Source: Thermoanaerobaculia bacterium
Lineage (GTDB): Bacteria; Acidobacteriota; Thermoanaerobaculia; Multivoradales; JAGPDF01
Length of the DNA stretch: 64,000 bases
Assembly (NCBI GenBank): GCA_018057705.1
Contig: JAGPDF010000007.1
Coordinates: forward strand, 1,125-65,124
Direction: 5' to 3'
Part shown: in pieces, positions 59,346-64,000 of the stretch
How positions within the stretch are numbered: position 1 is the stretch's first letter
How the letters are laid out: each line of letters starts with the position of its first letter
Position numbers and translations under genes: made by a program
The notes under the pieces: model-generated
What the model was told of the DNA's origin: nothing
Seen by the model: only the letters and a program-made list of their open reading frames with translations
Databases searched by the model: none

Positions 59346-61262
59346 ATGAGGCCGCTTCCCGAGATCGTCCTGCTCTTCTCGCCGCACCTCTATGCGGCGG
59401 CGCTCGTCCTGCTGGCGTTCGCCGCCGGAAGCGCAGTCGCGGCGCGCTTTATCGACCACGGTGCGGAGGACGGCGCCGTTGCCTCGCGCGACCAGGGCGC
59501 CTGGGCACTCTCGCTGGCGCTCGCGCTGCCCCTCGGGCTGGGTCTGCTTGGACAGGTGCTCTTCCTCTGCGGCCTCGCCGGCCGGTTCGGCGTGGGCGCG
59601 CTAGCCGTCGTCGCCGGGCTGGCGCTCGCGGTCGGGTGGCGGGGCCGGGTCTGGGAGTGGGTGGGAGCGCGCGGACGTCTGGCGGGTAGCCGTCTGGCGG
59701 GCAGTCCGGCGTCGCGTGGGCCGGGCCTGCGAACGCTCGCCGTCCTGGGCGCGATCGCCTTTGCCGGGCCGGCCTGGCTGGCGCTCTACCCGCCTGTCGC
59801 GTGGGACGACACGATCTATCACCTGCCGCTCGCCCGGAGTCTGGTCGAGCACGGCGGGTATCTGCCCGTCGAGAACCTGCGGGTGCCGGTCTTCCCCTTG
59901 CTCGCGGAGACGATCTTCGCGCCGGCGATCCTCCTGGGTCGCGCCTCGACCGCGCACGGCGTCTCGCTCGTCGCGACCCTTGCCACCGCGATTCTCCTGG
60001 TGGCCTGGGGGCGCGACCGGTTGAGCGGTCCGGGCCGCTCCGCCGCAGTGGCGGCCTGGGCCCTCGCGCCGGCTGCGGTCTGGATCGGACAGCCGATCGT
60101 CGTTCTTTACGCCGGCTCGGCCTACATCGAGCCGCTCCTCACCCTGTTCGCGACCGCGTCGATCGTCGCCTTCGACTCCTGGCGACGCGAACGCCGGTTC
60201 GCCTGGCTGCTCGCGGCCGGCGCATTCGCCGGCTGGGCGGCAGCGACGAAGTACCTGGCTCTCTATCTGGTCGCCGCGCTCTTCGTCGCAGCCGCCTGCG
60301 AGGCCGGACGCGGCCTCCGGTTCCGCGCCCTCGCCGGTTTCGCTGGCGCCGCCGCGCTCGCCGGTGCGCCCTGGTACCTTCTCATCTGGGGCCTCACCGG
60401 GAATCCTCTCTTCCCTTTTCTCGCGAGCCTCTTCGGTGGCGGCGCCTGGAGTGGAGCGGAGGCGGTCTCCTACAGCCGTGTCGATTCCGGGTGGGTCCGG
60501 CAGGCGGCGGACGTCGTTCGCCTCGGATGGGACCTGGTGGTCGAGCGTTCGCGCGTCAACCTGCAGCCGCCGGCGTCGCCGCTCGTCATCGCTGCGATTC
60601 CGCTGCTGCTCTACCTCGGATGGCGCCGGAGGTGGGCGCGCGTCTGGGTGGCGATTCTGGCCGGGTTCGTCCTCGTGTTCCTCGCGCTGCCGCGGGATGC
60701 GCGCTACCTCATGCCCTACTCGCCGCTGCTCTCTCTGCTGCTCGTCGTAGCGCTCCGCGATCTGGCGCGATTCGCGGGCCGACGCCTGCCGCGTTCAAGG
60801 TCCTGGCGCAGCGTCGCGGCCGGCGCCCTCGTCGGGCTTGGACTCGCGACCGGACCCGCCTATGCCGTCTGGCGCACCTGGATCTCGGGGCCACCGCCCG
60901 TCGCGGCGACGGCGATCGACGCCTTCCTGGCGCAACGGGTGCCGCTCTATCGGGCGCTTCTCTTCCGGCGCGAGCAGGGGCTGGAAGTGGTCCCGGTCTA
61001 TGCCCTCCACGGCGAGCGGCTGCACGATTTCGCCGGCGCGGCGCTCCTCGGAGACTGGATCGGCCCGTACCGCTTCCAGCTCGTTCTGCCGCTGCTCGAA
61101 CGCCCCGAGGCGCTCGCGGGAAAGCTGCGCGAGCTCGGCGCGCGCCAGCTCCTGCTGCCGCTTGCCCAGGTGGCGCCTCAAGCCGTCGCGGGACTCGTCG
61201 CCTCGCCGCGATTTCGCGAGCTCTATCGCGACGCCGAGAGCGTGTTGTTCGCCCTGGATTAG
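59346..61262 (+). CDS. GT-C fold membrane glycosyltransferase (family 39/83-like; ArnT/PMT-type).
   Basis: ~12 TM segments; conserved first-loop acidic motif WDDTIYHLPLARSL. Confidence 0.6.
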   Translation: MRPLPEIVLLFSPHLYAAALVLLAFAAGSAVAARFIDHGAEDGAVASRDQGAWALSLALALPLGLGLLGQVLFLCGLAGRFGVGALAVVAGLALAVGWRGRVWEWVGARGRLAGSRLAGSPASRGPGLRTLAVLGAIAFAGPAWLALYPPVAWDDTIYHLPLARSLVEHGGYLPVENLRVPVFPLLAETIFAPAILLGRASTAHGVSLVATLATAILLVAWGRDRLSGPGRSAAVAAWALAPAAVWIGQPIVVLYAGSAYIEPLLTLFATASIVAFDSWRRERRFAWLLAAGAFAGWAAATKYLALYLVAALFVAAACEAGRGLRFRALAGFAGAAALAGAPWYLLIWGLTGNPLFPFLASLFGGGAWSGAEAVSYSRVDSGWVRQAADVVRLGWDLVVERSRVNLQPPASPLVIAAIPLLLYLGWRRRWARVWVAILAGFVLVFLALPRDARYLMPYSPLLSLLLVVALRDLARFAGRRLPRSRSWRSVAAGALVGLGLATGPAYAVWRTWISGPPPVAATAIDAFLAQRVPLYRALLFRREQGLEVVPVYALHGERLHDFAGAALLGDWIGPYRFQLVLPLLERPEALAGKLRELGARQLLLPLAQVAPQAVAGLVASPRFRELYRDAESVLFALD

Positions 61263-62419
61263 CCCGCGAGGGTTTCGAGGAGGGTGCGAGCGACCGCCAC
61301 GGGCGAGAAGCGCGCGCGACCCTGGCGTGCGATCTCGCTGGCGTCGCGGTGTCCGGCGTCCCATTCTGCGAGCTCGGCGGCGAGCGCACCGGCCAGCGCC
61401 TTCGGGCTGCGGCTCGCGGCGAGAGTGCCGAATCTCCCGCCGTCGATCATCCCCTCGAGATTGGGCATCGGCACGGAGATCAGCGTCGTGCCGAGCGCCA
61501 GCGCTTCGGTCGCGACGTGCGGGCCGGTCTCCCAGCGCGAGGAGAAGAGCGCAGCGCGGCTCTGCGCCAGAGTCTCGGCGACTACGTGGGGTTCCTGGAT
61601 CCCGGCGAGGCGCAACCGTGGCTCCCGGCGGGCGAGCTCGCCGAAAGCGCGCTCTGGTTCGGCGCCGAAAAGGACGACCTCGGTCGTCTCTCGGCGCAGG
61701 AAGAACCGGGCCAGTGCGGCGGCGAGCAGGGACGCGTCCTTCTGCGGATCGCTCCAGCGGCCGATGGCGACGACCCGGTCGGCCCTGGCTGCGTTCTCCG
61801 CCAGTGGCCGGGTGCAGAACGACTCCGGGACTGCGAACGGCGCCTCGCGCAAGCGCTCCGCGAGGTCGCCGGCCCGCTGCTGGCGCAGGAAACGGCTGAA
61901 GCAGACGATCGCCGGCGCGCTGCCCAGCACGACGCGGTCCGAGGCGCGGGTGCTGGCGAGGAAGTCGAGCTCTTCCGGATCTCGGCGCGCCGCGCTGGCG
62001 GCGAAGCGGCGGCAGAAATACCGCAGGGCACGCAGGCGACCGGAGAGCGTCGTTTGATAGGCGCCGATGCGCAACCAGGAGATGCGCGGATGGGCCGCGA
62101 ACCCGACCTGGCCGTCGGAGTCGGCGATCGCCACGACTTGCGTTCCGGCTGCTCGAATCGCCGCGAGCATGCCGGACATGCGGTGCCAGGTCACACCAAC
62201 GGCGACGTCGGCGGCAAGCTCGCGCCAGGTTTCGACCCGTTCCAGCTCCGCGCGGGCGGCGACGAGGTGGGTACGGCCGGCGAAGCTCCCCACCAGGTCC
62301 CGCGCGGTCACCAGCACGGCGTCGTGCCCGAGGGCCTCCCAGCCCGCCTGGTAGTTCTCGTGGCGGAAGGAGATGCGATCGAGCGCGACGGGGCCGTTCC
62401 AGACGAGAGCGATCTTCAT
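61259..62419 (-). CDS. Group-1 (GT-B, GT4-like) glycosyltransferase.
   Basis: C-terminal E-x7-E-like region ...SRWETGPHVATEALALGTTLIS...; convergent with the GT-C gene (4-nt overlap). Confidence 0.65.
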   Translation of the reverse strand: MKIALVWNGPVALDRISFRHENYQAGWEALGHDAVLVTARDLVGSFAGRTHLVAARAELERVETWRELAADVAVGVTWHRMSGMLAAIRAAGTQVVAIADSDGQVGFAAHPRISWLRIGAYQTTLSGRLRALRYFCRRFAASAARRDPEELDFLASTRASDRVVLGSAPAIVCFSRFLRQQRAGDLAERLREAPFAVPESFCTRPLAENAARADRVVAIGRWSDPQKDASLLAAALARFFLRRETTEVVLFGAEPERAFGELARREPRLRLAGIQEPHVVAETLAQSRAALFSSRWETGPHVATEALALGTTLISVPMPNLEGMIDGGRFGTLAASRSPKALAGALAAELAEWDAGHRDASEIARQGRARFSPVAVARTLLETLAG

Positions 62420-62450
62420 GCGGTTGGCGATACGGGAGGCGGCCGGCAGG

Positions 62451-63320
62451 TCAGCCGGGCGATCGCCTGGAAAGGTCTTCGTCGCGCTTCGCCGCCTGCC
62501 ACTGCTCTTCCATCTCGTCGAGCGAGGCTTCGGCGACGCTCCTGCCGACGCGGGCGAGGCCGGCTTCGACCGCCGCGAAGCGCCGCCGGAACTTGAGGTT
62601 GGCGGCGGCGAGCGCCCCCTCCGGGTCGATCTCGAGATGCCGGGCGAGGTTGGCGACAGTGAAGAGGAGGTCTCCCACCTCCTCGGTCCGCCGCTGCTTG
62701 AGGGTTGCCGCGTCGGTCCTCTCCACGCCCTCGGGCGTCGACAGGAGCTCCTTGAGCTCGACGATCTCCTCGTCGAGCTTGGTGACGACCTCGCCCGCCT
62801 CGCGCCAGTCGAACCCGACTCCGGCGGCTTTCTGCGTCAGGCGATAGGCGGCGACGAGCGCGGGCAGCGACGCGGCGGTGGCGCCGTCGAGGAGCGAGCG
62901 GCGTTCGCCTTGCAGGCTACGCACCTTGCGGCGCTCCCAGGCCTCGCGCACCTCCCTGGCCGAAGCCAGGGACTCGCCGCCGAAGACGTGCGGGTGGCGG
63001 GCGATCATCTTGGCCTCGACGGCGTCGAGCGCCGTGCCGAGGCGGAATCCTCCGGCCTCTTCGACGAGCCGGGCGATGAAGACGATCTGGAAGAGCAGGT
63101 CACCGAGCTCGCCGGCGAGCTCGGCGGGATCGCCGCTGTCGAGCGCCGCTGCGACTTCATGCGCCTCTTCGAGCAGATAGGCCCGCAAATCGGGTAGGGT
63201 CTGTTCCCGATCCCAGGGGCAGCCGTCGGGGGCGCGCAGGCGCGCGACCAGGGCGGTCAAGCGGGCGAGGTCCGTCGGCGAGAGGGGGGCGGTTACGTCG
63301 ATTGAGGTCGGATCTGACAT
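62451..63320 (-). CDS. mazG: Nucleoside triphosphate pyrophosphohydrolase MazG.
   Basis: Two MazG-like EExxE repeats (LLEEAHEVAAAL...; EEVGDLLFTVANLARHL). Confidence 0.85.
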   Translation of the reverse strand: MSDPTSIDVTAPLSPTDLARLTALVARLRAPDGCPWDREQTLPDLRAYLLEEAHEVAAALDSGDPAELAGELGDLLFQIVFIARLVEEAGGFRLGTALDAVEAKMIARHPHVFGGESLASAREVREAWERRKVRSLQGERRSLLDGATAASLPALVAAYRLTQKAAGVGFDWREAGEVVTKLDEEIVELKELLSTPEGVERTDAATLKQRRTEEVGDLLFTVANLARHLEIDPEGALAAANLKFRRRFAAVEAGLARVGRSVAEASLDEMEEQWQAAKRDEDLSRRSPG

Positions 63321-63422
63321 CGTAGGGGCAGGGGCGCCGCCGCCGAGCGTCCCCGCAGAAGAGCTGCCGGTTGCCGATGCGAAAGCGCGCTTGCTAGCAT
63401 AGTCGAAAAGAAATCACTGCCC

Positions 63423-63896
63423 GTGGGCGACATCAAGGTCACAGATCGGCGCATGTTCACTCCCGACGGGCGAGTGCGGGAGGACTACGCCGCGCAGGAC
63501 GAGACCTCGTCGGAGGCAACAGCCCCGACGCCCGTTCCACCCGAGCCGCCCGTTCCGCTCGGTCCGGAGACGCCGGAGCCCACCGTCGCGCTCGAGTCGC
63601 CGTCCGAGCCCGCGGCCTCTGGCGCTCGCCTCGAGCTCCCGGGCAGTCCCGCCGGGCTCGGTCCGGGCTTCCTCGACCTCGTCGAGTTGCTGGCCCAGCC
63701 GGTGCCTTTCTACCTCGGCGACGCGGCGCTGCCCGACGGCCAGTCGGTGGAGAACCTGGAAATGGCGCGGCTCCACATCGACATGCTCGACGTGCTGCGC
63801 CAACGCACGGCCGGCAACCTCACAGCCGACGAGCTGGCAGTGCTCGAGGATCTGCTCTATCAACTGCGGATGCGCTATGTCCAGAAGCGCGGCTGA
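63423..63896 (+). CDS. DUF1844-like small acidic protein.
   Basis: C-terminal ...GFLDLVELLAQPVPFYLGDAALPDGQSVENLEMARLHIDMLDVLRQRT... resembles DUF1844. Confidence 0.45.
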   Translation: MGDIKVTDRRMFTPDGRVREDYAAQDETSSEATAPTPVPPEPPVPLGPETPEPTVALESPSEPAASGARLELPGSPAGLGPGFLDLVELLAQPVPFYLGDAALPDGQSVENLEMARLHIDMLDVLRQRTAGNLTADELAVLEDLLYQLRMRYVQKRG

Positions 63897-64000
63897 GGTC
63901 GGCGGGCGGTCACTCCGTCGCCGGCACGGGTACCTCCTCGGAATTCTCCTGTCGCTCGCCGCGATCGCGCCGCCGGTTGCGGGCCAGGGCGCCGGCCCGA

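Overview
This is a high-GC (roughly 70 %) bacterial chromosomal segment, apparently Gram-negative. The evidence is OMPLA/pldA, envC-ctpA-yibQ and tesA/ybbA/ybbP synteny, lipoboxes, ECF sigma/anti-sigma pairs, Ser/Thr kinases and a DUF4388 protein. The gene content would fit a myxobacterial- or acidobacterial-type genome, but that is a guess.

Nearly all long ORFs in the supplied six-frame track that run antisense to, or out of frame with, the genes below are high-GC artefacts. I resolved about 60 real genes by reading the proteins.

Core metabolism: a metY-metX-aspartokinase operon behind a near-consensus sigma70 promoter and a long leader; gcdH-glpX-dcd; galE; a polyprenyl synthase; corA; nupC; mazG; and mpg and alkD DNA glycosylases.

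Envelope and secreted functions: a PL1 pectate-lyase-like enzyme, OMPLA, DacB, EnvC/CtpA/YibQ, TesA/YbbA/YbbP, a GT-C plus GT4 glycosyltransferase pair, and two membrane alkaline-phosphatase-superfamily enzymes.

Signalling: three ECF-type sigma factors; an RsbW/RsbV pair with a distant RsbU-type phosphatase; and a cupredoxin-like protein translationally coupled to a HAMP, cyclase-like, Ser/Thr-kinase sensor.

No rRNA, tRNA, CRISPR array or transposase was recognised.

The most interesting signal is a 16-20-residue C-terminal tail, [LI]-[FW]-x-D-[GDS]-F-[EAG]-[STG]-G-x-[TS]-x-x-W-S followed by 1-5 residues (three of four copies end in Pro). It ends four otherwise unrelated extracytoplasmic proteins in this window:
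- the pectate lyase;
- a 7 x 58-aa beta-propeller-like repeat protein;
- a 433-aa secreted protein of unknown function;
- the periplasmic end of an anti-sigma factor, whose divergent ECF-like sigma sits at the end of a pldA-SBP-MFS operon.
I interpret this as a possible undescribed C-terminal recognition or sorting tag that is also wired into a sigma/anti-sigma switch. This is inference.

Other notable items:
- a low-GC islet carrying an Unstab_antitox antitoxin upstream of a DUF4279 gene, a candidate novel toxin-antitoxin pair;
- an aspartokinase lacking ACT domains in the metYX operon;
- a PD-(D/E)xK nuclease fused to an XPD/DinG Fe-S helicase;
- a ~520-bp repeat- and hairpin-rich non-coding region upstream of mpg;
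- a secreted retropepsin-like aspartic protease.
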